From positions 1 through 55,658 of the forward strand of contig JAGADO010000031.1 in NCBI GenBank assembly GCA_017613535.1: a stretch of DNA of 55,658 bases, given 5' to 3'. The position numbers and the translations under genes were made by a program. Each line of letters begins with the position of its first letter. The first letter of the stretch is position 1. The notes below the pieces were generated by a model, which worked only from the letters and a program-made list of their open reading frames with translations, searched no databases and was not told where the DNA came from. This document shows positions 28,525 through 37,396 of this stretch, one piece after another. Origin of the DNA: Clostridia bacterium. Its GTDB lineage: Bacteria; Bacillota; Clostridia; UBA1212; UBA1255.

Positions 28525-29729
28525 TTGAGTTTGTACAAATAAGTAAGCGTATCAGTTGACTCGTCGGCAGTGAGCATGAGGTGGATATCGTTGATCATAT
28601 TGCCGATCGTGTTCTGGATCTGGAAATAATCCGGAGTCGTGCACCAGACGTTTCCGTTCTTGACCGCCTTCATCTCGGGCAGTATCTCTGCGCGCGATTT
28701 GAATGCTTCGAGTGAATCGGGCTTTCCTCCGAGCGACCAGATGTAGATTATGTAATCCGCGTCTTTAGCGGCATCGTAGAATGCTTCCATTTCCATCTTC
28801 GCGGTACCGGTCTTGCCAACGCCGACTTCGGGAAGCGCGTATTCGCCGCCCGCGATCGTCAGCATTTTTACCATGTAGTCGTCAGCGTTGCGCGCGTAGA
28901 GCACGCCTTTGGAGGTGATATAGAACATCGCGACGGTCTTGCCGGTCTTCTCGATCTTGGAGAGCTCGTCAACGTACGCGTTCTGGGTGTTGAAGACATT
29001 GTCCGCGTTCTCTTCTTTGTTGAAGATCGCACCGTACAGTTTTGCCCATTCGACGCGGGCAAGGGGATGATCTTCCTGCGCGGACTGGTCGAGGACAACG
29101 CTGACGCCGAGCGTGGTGAGCTGCTCCCTGACGTCATCGGTAAGCATCGTGGAGAAGAATGCGAACGTCGTGCCCTGTGCGGCGATCATTTCGAAATCGG
29201 GAGCTTTGTAGTCGCCGATGTAGGTCATTTTTTTGTTGGTAAGTGCCGCTTTGACTTCGTCGATGTACCACGAATCAACGTCGTATGTTGTCAATGATAT
29301 CACGTCGAGTGCGCCGATCGCGTTGATCAGTGACGTTACGGGAGTTGAAGAAACGAGGATGTTTGTCACCGGCTGTTTGAGCACGATCGCGTCCTTGGGA
29401 GCATCTGCGGGCACGCTCATATTTTCCGGCACTATCAGCATAGTGCTGACGTCCTCGGGGGTATTGATGACTTTTGCAATCTTATATCCGCCCTTGTAAT
29501 AATCTACGCTGAAGAATTTAGCGTATTTCAGTTCCATAGAGTGGTCGAAGACAAGCTTTCCGTCATAATTTTCTTCGGGTGCGGCTGTGGGATCGGTATT
29601 CGCGTTGTTTTCCGCGGTATTAAGAGGGGTGGCCTGCTCGTCGTTTCCGGGCTTTTTCTCGGCGCACGCACAAAGGGCCGTTACGAGCAGGATGCATGAG
29701 AGCAGAATTGCGATGATTTTTGCTTTCAT
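28521..29729 (-). CDS. btuF: Class III (BtuF/FhuD-like) substrate-binding lipoprotein
   Basis: 402 aa. Signal peptide ending LVTALCACAEKK. First gene downstream of the cobalamin riboswitch. AAAGGAGAAAA RBS. Confidence 0.75.
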   Translation of the reverse strand: MKAKIIAILLSCILLVTALCACAEKKPGNDEQATPLNTAENNANTDPTAAPEENYDGKLVFDHSMELKYAKFFSVDYYKGGYKIAKVINTPEDVSTMLIVPENMSVPADAPKDAIVLKQPVTNILVSSTPVTSLINAIGALDVISLTTYDVDSWYIDEVKAALTNKKMTYIGDYKAPDFEMIAAQGTTFAFFSTMLTDDVREQLTTLGVSVVLDQSAQEDHPLARVEWAKLYGAIFNKEENADNVFNTQNAYVDELSKIEKTGKTVAMFYITSKGVLYARNADDYMVKMLTIAGGEYALPEVGVGKTGTAKMEMEAFYDAAKDADYIIYIWSLGGKPDSLEAFKSRAEILPEMKAVKNGNVWCTTPDYFQIQNTIGNMINDIHLMLTADESTDTLTYLYKLK

Positions 29730-29799
29730 TTGTTTTCTCCTTTTTGAAAATAGTTCGACCGACGCCGATAGCTTCGGCGCGCGTCAAGGTTTATCCGGT

Positions 29800-29960
29800 G
29801 TTTTCCGCACGGGATAACTCCACCAAAGCAGGGCTGGCATTCGGACTTCCCCTTTCGAGGTCACCGCTGCGGAACAGCTGCGGATTTTCACCGCATTCCC
29901 CGTTTAAGACACAGACGTAAGAAAACTGCGCCCCCTGCTCGCTATTCGGTTGGAGATTTG
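29800..29960 (-). promoter_or_regulatory. Cobalamin (B12) riboswitch
   Basis: Minus strand reads GAGCAGGG...AACGGGGAATGCGGTGAAAATCCGCAGCTGTTCCGCAGCGGTGA...GAAGTCCGAATGCCAGCCCTGCT. This contains the conserved GGGAA / GGTGAAA / CCGCA core and a B12-box-like AGTCCGAATGCCAGCC, closed by a GAGCAGGG / CCCTGCT helix. It lies in the 5' leader of the btuF-like gene. Confidence 0.8.
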
Positions 29961-30059
29961 TCGCTCGGTCCGGCGCATCGGACCTTTGCATTTTTAGCCC
30001 GTTTGTGCGGAATTTCCTATGCTCCCTGGGAAATTTCGCACATTTACGGGCCGGGCAAT

Positions 30060-30088
30060 ATTATATAATAACATCAAACGGGTGTCAA
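30060..30088 (-). promoter_or_regulatory. Promoter of the cobalamin operon (perfect consensus hexamers)
   Basis: Minus strand TTGACA (30088..30083), exactly 17 nt, TATAAT (30065..30060). It lies upstream of the riboswitch. Confidence 0.6.
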
Positions 30089-30154
30089 TTGACCGGTCTG
30101 TAATTGCAACTTGCAACTTGCCATTTTCAATTTGCCATTTCCCTCATGCGCCCT

Positions 30155-30976
30155 TCACTCTCCCGCGCTGCTGCGGTACTGCGACGGCGTCACGCCCTCG
30201 TGATATTTGAAATACTTAAGGAACTGGTTAAGATCCTGCCAGCCGAGAAATTGACCCACCGCCGCCACCGGCATGTCCGACGTCGCGAGAAACTTCTTTG
30301 CAAGCGCCATCTTGCGGCTGTTGATGTAATCCTTTATCGTTGACCCGTACTCCGCCTTAAACACACGGCCGAGATACTGCTTGTTATATCCGAATTTGTC
30401 AGCCAGCTCGTCCACAGTCAGAACTCTCGTGGTATTCTGCAGAATATACTCCTGGACACGTTCCGCGAGCTGCTGCTGAGGCGTCGTTTTCTTCGCCAGC
30501 TTTTCGGCTACATAGATCGTTTCCAGAAGCAGCACATCGAAGATATACGCGTCCGATTTGTAGCGCTCATAACGGCTGTAAAGCTCATCCAGCGCGCTCT
30601 CGGCGGCATTTGCCCCGCTCAGGACCGTATACTTGCGCAGCGGAAAAAAAGCAAAATTACTGCAATTAAACTCGACAAGATAAAATTCAGCAGCGCACTT
30701 GTCCGCGGACGAAGCCGGGTCAACGATACCCTTATATGATGTGAACGGAGATATGATGGCAAGGTTTCCCGCCGTCAGTTCTTCGCGATCCCCGTCAATG
30801 AACAGCGTGAGCCTGCCCGCGGAAATATATATCATGAGATAATTGTTCAGAAACGTCTGGTGCACCGACGTCTTCTCCTGTATGCAGAACCGGCTGGCAG
30901 AGAGAAAATCCACCGCAAATAAAGTCTCTTTTTTTGCGCTGATACGCGAATAAACTGACGATTCAAACTTGATCAT
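30155..30976 (-). CDS. AraC family transcriptional regulator (cupin-like N-terminal domain plus HTH)
   Basis: 273 aa. C-terminal VDELADKFGYNKQYLGRVFKAEYGSTIKDYINSRKMALAKKFL...FKYHEGVTPSQYR. Divergent from the glycan locus. Confidence 0.85.
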   Translation of the reverse strand: MIKFESSVYSRISAKKETLFAVDFLSASRFCIQEKTSVHQTFLNNYLMIYISAGRLTLFIDGDREELTAGNLAIISPFTSYKGIVDPASSADKCAAEFYLVEFNCSNFAFFPLRKYTVLSGANAAESALDELYSRYERYKSDAYIFDVLLLETIYVAEKLAKKTTPQQQLAERVQEYILQNTTRVLTVDELADKFGYNKQYLGRVFKAEYGSTIKDYINSRKMALAKKFLATSDMPVAAVGQFLGWQDLNQFLKYFKYHEGVTPSQYRSSAGE

Positions 30977-31106
30977 GTCACTTTTTCTCCTTTTTGCGAT
31001 AATAATATCACTTGAACGATTTTATTGTATCGTATAAAATGTGTCAAGAGAGAAAAAGCGGTTTGAGGACAATGATTCGGACTATATGATGATCGGAGGA
31101 CCTGGC

Positions 31107-33329
31107 ATGAAACCGGCGAAACTTTTATTTGAGAGCGGTGGATCTGATAAGACCGGGCAGCGGGCGTCAATGCGGCTGGCGTCAATGCGGCTGGCGGCGG
31201 TATTGCTGGCAATGCTTACGCTGTCTGCTTTTTTGTGCCCGCACGTTAGTGCCTCCGGCGGATCCGGAGCCGGAAAGGAAGAGACAGCGATGACTGAATC
31301 CGAGACAGACTCGATCGGCGCAGGCACGAAGGCGCCTGTGTGGGATACTTACAGCGACACATGGACACTGACGGACGCGCTTGGCCGCACCGCCCAGATA
31401 CCGACTCAGGAGAGCATGAAGCGCGAAGGGAAATACGCGCTGATCTTCTACCACATCTGGCACAGCGATTTCATGAAGAGTACCGTGAAAGCCGATTCAA
31501 AGGCGCCGCGCAGCGTTTCCGCCATCCTGGAGAGCAACCCGGACGCGCGAAACAAAGCGTCGCTGTGGGGGCCGAACCTCAGCTATCATTACTGGGGAGA
31601 ACCTCTGTACGGGTTTTATAACCTTGACAGCGACGAGTACGTCGTGCGCAAACACGCGCAGCTGCTCACGGACGCGGGCATCGACGGCATCGTGCTCGAC
31701 TACTCCAACTATTGCGTCAGCGGCGTGCATAACGAGAGCAATTACAGCCGCGCGGCATTGACGAACCTGCTCGATACATATCTGAAGATCCGGGAGGAAG
31801 GCGGACGGACGCCGGGCGTGGTGATCCTGCTCACGTGGGACGCTTCGGTGAACGGCACCGCGCTGAAGAATTTTTACAAAGATTTTTACTCAAAACCCGA
31901 ATACTCGGACCTTTGGTTCCGCTGGGAGGGAAAGCCGCTGGTGCTCGGCCAGAGCTCGTCCGTAAGCGCGGAAATAGCCGATTTCTGGACGTACCGCCGC
32001 CCGTGGCCTTACTACACACCCGTTGACGGTCCGAACGAATGGTCCTGGCTATCGAATTATCCCCAGCAGCCATGCTATACCGACGAGAACGCGCTCGAGA
32101 TGGTGGCGGTGAGCGTCGCTCAGAACTGGTCCGAATCGCTCGATTTTATGAGCGCCACAGACGCAGACGGAAACTATATTGCCCACGGCCGCAGCTACAC
32201 GTACGGCGGGAAAAATAAGCTGCTTAAAAACCCTGTGAGTTCCGAATACGGCAGCGAACATGGCGCGAATCTGCAGCAGCAGTTTGACCGCGCGATCGAG
32301 CTTGACCCGTCGGTGCTCTTCATCACTGGCTGGAACGAGTGGATCGCGGCCAGGTTTTTGACCATCCCCGCCTGGGCGCGCTGTTCGGCTGATCCCGTGC
32401 CTGCTGGCGGAGGCTTCTGCGACGTTTTCTGCACAGAGTTTTCGCGCGACATAGAACCTACGCGCCAGGGCGGTCTGAACGACAATTTCTACAATCAGCT
32501 CGCTATCAATATCAGAAGGTTCAAGGGCACAGGTGCACTTCCCGCGGGCAAGCAGCTGGACGTACCGGCGGAGGGAGAAAGCCTGACCGCACTCCCCTGC
32601 TGGAACGAGATCTCCACCGAATACCGCGACAGCATAGGCGACACAGCTCAGCGCGATTCAGACGGAATCGGTAAAAACCATTACACGAACGATACGGGCC
32701 GCAACGATTTCCGCATCATGAAAGTGTTCCACACCGCGGAAGAACTGTATTTCTACGCCGAGACCGCTAAGGATATTTCCGCCGATCGCACGGGCGGCTG
32801 GATGACGCTGTTCATCAAAACGGCGGGCGGCAATGCTTCCTGGGAAGGCTACAACTACGTGGTGAACCGCACCGCTCCCGGTGGCAACGCTCTTCTGGAG
32901 CGCAGCACGGGCGGCTGGAACTGGGAGACCGTGAGCGATCAGATTCGCTATGAGGTCAGCGGGAATAAACTCGTGTTCGCGGTCCCGCTGGGAGCGCTCG
33001 GCCTCAGCCCTGACGAAGACCTAAGCGTCGAGTTCAAGTGGACGGACAATATCCGGCTCGATGACGACGACGGTTACGGCGCGGGAGATATTTTGAAATT
33101 CTACGAAAACGGCGACACGGCGCCCGGCGGACGGTTTACGTACCTGTACAGGTCAGAAAAGGCGGCAAACGCGGCTGAAAACAAGTCCGGCGACAATGCC
33201 CTTTACAACGCGATGCTGATCGGCGGCGGAGTCGTTACCGCCGGTGCGGTAGGCGCGGCGATCGCGGTGGCAGCATCATCAAAAAAGAAAAAAGCCGGCA
33301 ATAAAACAGAGGAGACGGAACAGAAATGA
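31107..33329 (+). CDS. Secreted, C-terminally membrane-anchored putative glycoside hydrolase (TIM-barrel, distantly GH99-like)
   Basis: Start set to the ATG at 31107 (GGAGGA 7 nt upstream) rather than the GTG at 31041. Hydrophobic signal region AAVLLAMLTLSAFLCPHVSASG. WGEPLYGFYNLDSDEYV...GIDGIVLDYSNY and FITGWNEWIA motifs. C-terminal TM helix plus SSKKKKAGNK. Confidence 0.5.
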   Translation: MKPAKLLFESGGSDKTGQRASMRLASMRLAAVLLAMLTLSAFLCPHVSASGGSGAGKEETAMTESETDSIGAGTKAPVWDTYSDTWTLTDALGRTAQIPTQESMKREGKYALIFYHIWHSDFMKSTVKADSKAPRSVSAILESNPDARNKASLWGPNLSYHYWGEPLYGFYNLDSDEYVVRKHAQLLTDAGIDGIVLDYSNYCVSGVHNESNYSRAALTNLLDTYLKIREEGGRTPGVVILLTWDASVNGTALKNFYKDFYSKPEYSDLWFRWEGKPLVLGQSSSVSAEIADFWTYRRPWPYYTPVDGPNEWSWLSNYPQQPCYTDENALEMVAVSVAQNWSESLDFMSATDADGNYIAHGRSYTYGGKNKLLKNPVSSEYGSEHGANLQQQFDRAIELDPSVLFITGWNEWIAARFLTIPAWARCSADPVPAGGGFCDVFCTEFSRDIEPTRQGGLNDNFYNQLAINIRRFKGTGALPAGKQLDVPAEGESLTALPCWNEISTEYRDSIGDTAQRDSDGIGKNHYTNDTGRNDFRIMKVFHTAEELYFYAETAKDISADRTGGWMTLFIKTAGGNASWEGYNYVVNRTAPGGNALLERSTGGWNWETVSDQIRYEVSGNKLVFAVPLGALGLSPDEDLSVEFKWTDNIRLDDDDGYGAGDILKFYENGDTAPGGRFTYLYRSEKAANAAENKSGDNALYNAMLIGGGVVTAGAVGAAIAVAASSKKKKAGNKTEETEQK

Positions 33330-34633
33330 AACGTATGAACAGAACAAAATATGTGAGAAGAATAGCGATATTGACCGCGCTCACGGTCCTGGCAGCCCTG
33401 ATGGCGGCGATGATCCCCGCCGCGGCGGATACGGTATCAGACGAAGATATCGCGAGAATTGTCACCAACGGGTACGACCTCAGCGCGTTTACAGTGCTGG
33501 ATGACACAGACGAAGAAGTAGTAATCTCAGATCTGGGCGTAACGAATGCTGCAGTGCATTTGTGCGGACAGGCGCATTTCACCGGCGAGATAGGCAGCAT
33601 GACGCTGTTCTTCGAAGGCAGCGCCGTTGGTTTGCTCGCTGAGAAAGGCGGCTTCGACATTTATATTGACGACGAGCCCGTGGGCACGGTCTGGGCGGCA
33701 GCAGTCGGAGCGCCGCAGGTGGTATTTTACACCGAAGCGCTGTCCAACGATTCGCACGTTATCACCGTCATCGCGAACCGCGACCTGGCGTCAATGAAGA
33801 TCGGCGAAAACTACACCGTTTTTGAAGGCTTCTTTGTTCAGACGAACCCCGGTACAGGCTCGGCCGGCGCCGAATGGACGGATTATTATACCGGTCCCAT
33901 CGAGGAACCTACCGCGGCGCCCGGGAAAGATATAAGCGACATACTGGCCGAGGGGTACGACCTCAGCGAATTCACGGTGCTGGACGATACCGACGAAGAA
34001 GTGCACCTCTCCGATCTGGCAGAGACCAAAGCCGCGTCCCATCTGTTTGGCCAGGCTTCGTTCACCGGAGGGATCGGCTCCATGTCGCTCGATTTCGAAG
34101 GCAACGCAGTCGGATTGATCGCGGAAAAAGGCGGATTTGATATTTACATCGACGACGACCTCGTCGAATCTGTCTGGGCGGCCGCGAGCGGCGCGCCGAA
34201 AGTGGTTTATTATAAAGGCGACCTCAGCAATGATACGCACAATATCACCGTCGTTACGAATCCCGACCTGGCAACAGAGCATATCGGCGAAAAGTACAGC
34301 GTGCTGGAAGGCTTCTTCGTGCAGACCGTGCCCGGAAAAGGTTCTGCCGACGGCGCTCCGCTGCCCACCGATGCCCCGACTGCAGTTCCGACCGAAGCGC
34401 CCACCGAAATGCCCACAGCTGCTCCTACGGCCGCTCCCACAGACAAGCCTGCCGACAATACTTCCGCTCCCGTTAAAACTGACGAGCCGTCCAAAGCCAC
34501 TCCTAAATCTGGCGATGATAATGCCAAAGGCGACGGCCTCAAGAAGGCAATCCCGTTTATAATAATGGGCGGGATCGTGCTTGCCGCGGCGGTCGTGATC
34601 GCGGTCGTGCTGATCCGCAAAAAGAAGAACTGA
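33326..34633 (+). CDS. Secreted, membrane-anchored protein with two copies of an unrecognised ~145-aa module (types A-A)
   Basis: 435 aa. ATGA overlap with the upstream gene. Signal peptide. Two tandem modules (aa ~37-180 and ~200-341). P/T/A-rich stalk, TM helix, RKKKN tail. Confidence 0.75.
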   Translation: MKRMNRTKYVRRIAILTALTVLAALMAAMIPAAADTVSDEDIARIVTNGYDLSAFTVLDDTDEEVVISDLGVTNAAVHLCGQAHFTGEIGSMTLFFEGSAVGLLAEKGGFDIYIDDEPVGTVWAAAVGAPQVVFYTEALSNDSHVITVIANRDLASMKIGENYTVFEGFFVQTNPGTGSAGAEWTDYYTGPIEEPTAAPGKDISDILAEGYDLSEFTVLDDTDEEVHLSDLAETKAASHLFGQASFTGGIGSMSLDFEGNAVGLIAEKGGFDIYIDDDLVESVWAAASGAPKVVYYKGDLSNDTHNITVVTNPDLATEHIGEKYSVLEGFFVQTVPGKGSADGAPLPTDAPTAVPTEAPTEMPTAAPTAAPTDKPADNTSAPVKTDEPSKATPKSGDDNAKGDGLKKAIPFIIMGGIVLAAAVVIAVVLIRKKKN

Positions 34634-34672
34634 CGCGAAAAGCGAACAAGCCGATCGAAGAGGTGCCTGGCG

Positions 34673-37213
34673 TTGACCGTAACATGCAACTATCTGTCTA
34701 TCCCGTATAACCCGGAAGCGACGCTAAAAACGCTCCTGTTTTATGCTGGAGGAAGACTGATATTCGACATGGAAGAGCGCGTGGATTTCCGCACGCCCGA
34801 TCGCACTGTGTACTTTGACTGCTCACGCTGGAAAGGGCTGGATATAGTTATCCGCTGCGAGGCCGGAAACAACCTCATCTGCGCGGACTGCCTCAGGCTG
34901 AAATCACAAAACGGAGAACCGCTGATCGGGCAATGCGATGTTGTCCCCGAACTCCCCTCCTCTGCGGAAAAAGCATTGCCCTTCGTCCATTACATGCGGC
35001 CCCGGGGCTTACTCTGCAGTCCGAACGGTCCGGTCTTTTTCGGCGGAAAATATCACGTGTTTTTTCAGACGAATCCCGTCAGCACAGAGTATCGGAATAT
35101 GTGCTGGGGCCATATCTGCTCGGAAGATCTCTTCCATTGGGAGACACTCCCGGAGGTTCTGTGCCCGAACGAGGACGGCGAACCGTTTTCAGGCAGCGCG
35201 ATAACTGACGGAAAGAAGCTCATGCTGTTCTACACGGCGGCAGGAGGCACTACGCGGCTGTCAAAAGGCAAAGGCTACAGTATCTGCTGCGTCGAATCGT
35301 CGGACGGTATTAATTTCAATGACAATAAAGTGATACCGGCTTTCACCGGCAACGCCGAGTTTTCGCGCGATCCGAAGATCGTTTTCTGCGAAGAAGAGCG
35401 CGTTTATCTGATGCTGATCTACCAGGAAGAAAGCACATATTCGCTGCTGTCCTCAGAGGATCTCACGTCATGGCAGTTCGAGCAGCTGATCGAACTGCCC
35501 GGCGATTCCGAGAGTCCTGACATTTACAAACTGTTTGCCAACGGAAACGTGCGCAAACCTTACTGGATCATATCGGGCGCTTCCGACAGGTATCTGGTAG
35601 GTCACTTCGAACGCACGGCCAGCAATGACGGTCTGAGAAGCTACCGGATCGTTTTTATGCCTAACCAGCGCGCAGGAAGGCTTCATTTCGGCAGCGCGAG
35701 CTATGCGGGCCAGTCATTTTTCGGCACACCTTCAGGTGACGTTAAACGCCTGACCTGGCTCTCTACCAACGTCCCCTCTTCGTCGTACAGCTCCGGGCAG
35801 CTTTCCGTTCCGATGCAGATGAGCCTCGCCACATGCGAAGACCGCATGTATCTTTGCGCACAGCCTGTAAGAGAGGTCAGCAGGCTTTACAGCAGAAAGC
35901 AGACGTTCCGGAACGTCCCGCTGCTCCCGGAAAACAAGAGAAAGATATTGACGACGCTGTTCTGCACGGCGCTGGATATAAATATTGTCCTCCCGGACAC
36001 TAAAAAAGGCACACTCGAATTTTCGTTCTTCGGCATCGAATTCAAAACAGATTTTTACCGGAACACCGTCGAATGCCTCGGCAATACCGCGCCGCTCCAC
36101 GTCGGAAACGGACATCCCGAGATTAGAATGATCGTTGACCGCTTAAGCGCAGAACTGTTCATCGACGGCGGCAAATTTTACATGAGCGTTCCGGTAGTGT
36201 GCGATTACAATCTTGACCGTTTTATCATCAAAGCCGACGGCCCGCAGAGCCTCCCATCCGTTACGATCTGCCACCTGGACCCTGATGGATCGATGTCGTT
36301 CCCCGAACCTGAAAGAAAAGAAGTAACGGCGGAAGACGTCGCGCGCATCGTTACGAACGGGTACGATCTGAGCGGCTTCAAAGTGATCGACGATACAGAC
36401 GAAAGCATAATAACGGAGGGTATGGGCGTTGATAGCTACCCCATCCACCTTGGCGGGCAGGCACATTTTACAAAAGATGTGGGCAGCATGACTCTGTTTT
36501 TTGAAGGCACTGCCGTGGGCGTGCTGGCGGAAAAAGGCGGGTTCGATATCCTCATAGATGAAGAGCCTGTCGCGACCGTCTGGGCCATCTCCAGCGGAAA
36601 GCCTAAAGTGCTGTACTACACCGAAACGCTGTCAAACGGCGTTCACACCATTACCGTCATAACGAATCCGGAACTGGCAATTGAAAAAACCGAGGCGTCT
36701 TTCAGCGTTCTGGAAGGATTCTTCGTGCAGCGCGATCCCGGTGTCGGTTCTGCCACCGGCGGAGATCCATTTTTCGATCCGGCGAAGAAAGATGTACATG
36801 AAAAAGAACGCGCAAAAATATATGCGGGAGACTTCGACCTCACAGAATACAGGATCGTTGACGACACGGCGCCCGGCGTGGTGAAGCGGGCAATTAATAT
36901 TACCGAAGATGCCAGGCATATAAATGAAGCCGCGAGCTTTACCGATAAGACCGGTTCGCTGTCGTACACTTTTGAGGGCAGCGCCGTAGGCGTGCTGGCG
37001 GAAAAAGGCGGTTTCGAGATCGAGATCGACGGTATAAGCTTCGGCTGCACAAGTGCCGCTTTCATCGGCACCCCACAGATCGTTTTTTTCACCGACAAAC
37101 TCAGCAGCGGCGTGCACACGATTAAAGTAACGACCGTACCTGAATTAGCCGTGGAACGTACCGGCGAGTTCTGGTCAGTGCTGGAAGGCTTCTTCGTTCG
37201 CAAACCTAACTGA
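34673..37213 (+). CDS. GH32-like protein with a substituted catalytic nucleophile, fused to two C-terminal copies of the ~145-aa module (A-B)
   Basis: 846 aa, TTG start with GAAGAGG upstream. GH32 blocks HYMRPRGLLCSPNGPVFFGGKYHVFFQTNP, WGHICSEDLFHW, FSGSAI, FSRDP and ESPD. No signal peptide or TM segment. Confidence 0.7.
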   Translation: MTVTCNYLSIPYNPEATLKTLLFYAGGRLIFDMEERVDFRTPDRTVYFDCSRWKGLDIVIRCEAGNNLICADCLRLKSQNGEPLIGQCDVVPELPSSAEKALPFVHYMRPRGLLCSPNGPVFFGGKYHVFFQTNPVSTEYRNMCWGHICSEDLFHWETLPEVLCPNEDGEPFSGSAITDGKKLMLFYTAAGGTTRLSKGKGYSICCVESSDGINFNDNKVIPAFTGNAEFSRDPKIVFCEEERVYLMLIYQEESTYSLLSSEDLTSWQFEQLIELPGDSESPDIYKLFANGNVRKPYWIISGASDRYLVGHFERTASNDGLRSYRIVFMPNQRAGRLHFGSASYAGQSFFGTPSGDVKRLTWLSTNVPSSSYSSGQLSVPMQMSLATCEDRMYLCAQPVREVSRLYSRKQTFRNVPLLPENKRKILTTLFCTALDINIVLPDTKKGTLEFSFFGIEFKTDFYRNTVECLGNTAPLHVGNGHPEIRMIVDRLSAELFIDGGKFYMSVPVVCDYNLDRFIIKADGPQSLPSVTICHLDPDGSMSFPEPERKEVTAEDVARIVTNGYDLSGFKVIDDTDESIITEGMGVDSYPIHLGGQAHFTKDVGSMTLFFEGTAVGVLAEKGGFDILIDEEPVATVWAISSGKPKVLYYTETLSNGVHTITVITNPELAIEKTEASFSVLEGFFVQRDPGVGSATGGDPFFDPAKKDVHEKERAKIYAGDFDLTEYRIVDDTAPGVVKRAINITEDARHINEAASFTDKTGSLSYTFEGSAVGVLAEKGGFEIEIDGISFGCTSAAFIGTPQIVFFTDKLSSGVHTIKVTTVPELAVERTGEFWSVLEGFFVRKPN

Positions 37214-37263
37214 TCTTTTTTTCAAAAACCCGGTAGCGGTGCATCGTCCGAAGGTGCCGAAAA

Positions 37264-37296
37264 AGTCACTTTTTCTCCATAAAAGTGGCTTTTTAT
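37264..37296 (+). terminator. Rho-independent terminator after the GH32-like gene
   Basis: 10-bp stem AGTCACTTTT / AAAAGTGGCT (one G-U), 7-nt loop, followed by TTTTT. Confidence 0.65.
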
Positions 37297-37396
37297 CACT
37301 TTTTCCACAATGTTTCAGGTAGTAAAATAGTACCATCTAATACTGCAAAACACTTTTTAATTCAGCATAGGAAAGTGCATTCAGGGAGGTACGACA

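Noticed and set aside
29761-29790. Hairpin GACGCCGATAGCTTCGGCGCGCGTC as the riboswitch terminator
   Set aside because: On the minus strand the stem is not followed directly by a U tract, since the T run is about 10 nt away. I cannot decide from sequence alone between transcriptional and translational control, so it is not listed as a terminator.
31041-31106. GTG start giving a 762-aa version of the GH-like protein
   Set aside because: There is no Shine-Dalgarno sequence before the GTG at 31041. The in-frame ATG at 31107 is preceded by GGAGGA at ideal spacing, and the extra residues are not signal-peptide-like.
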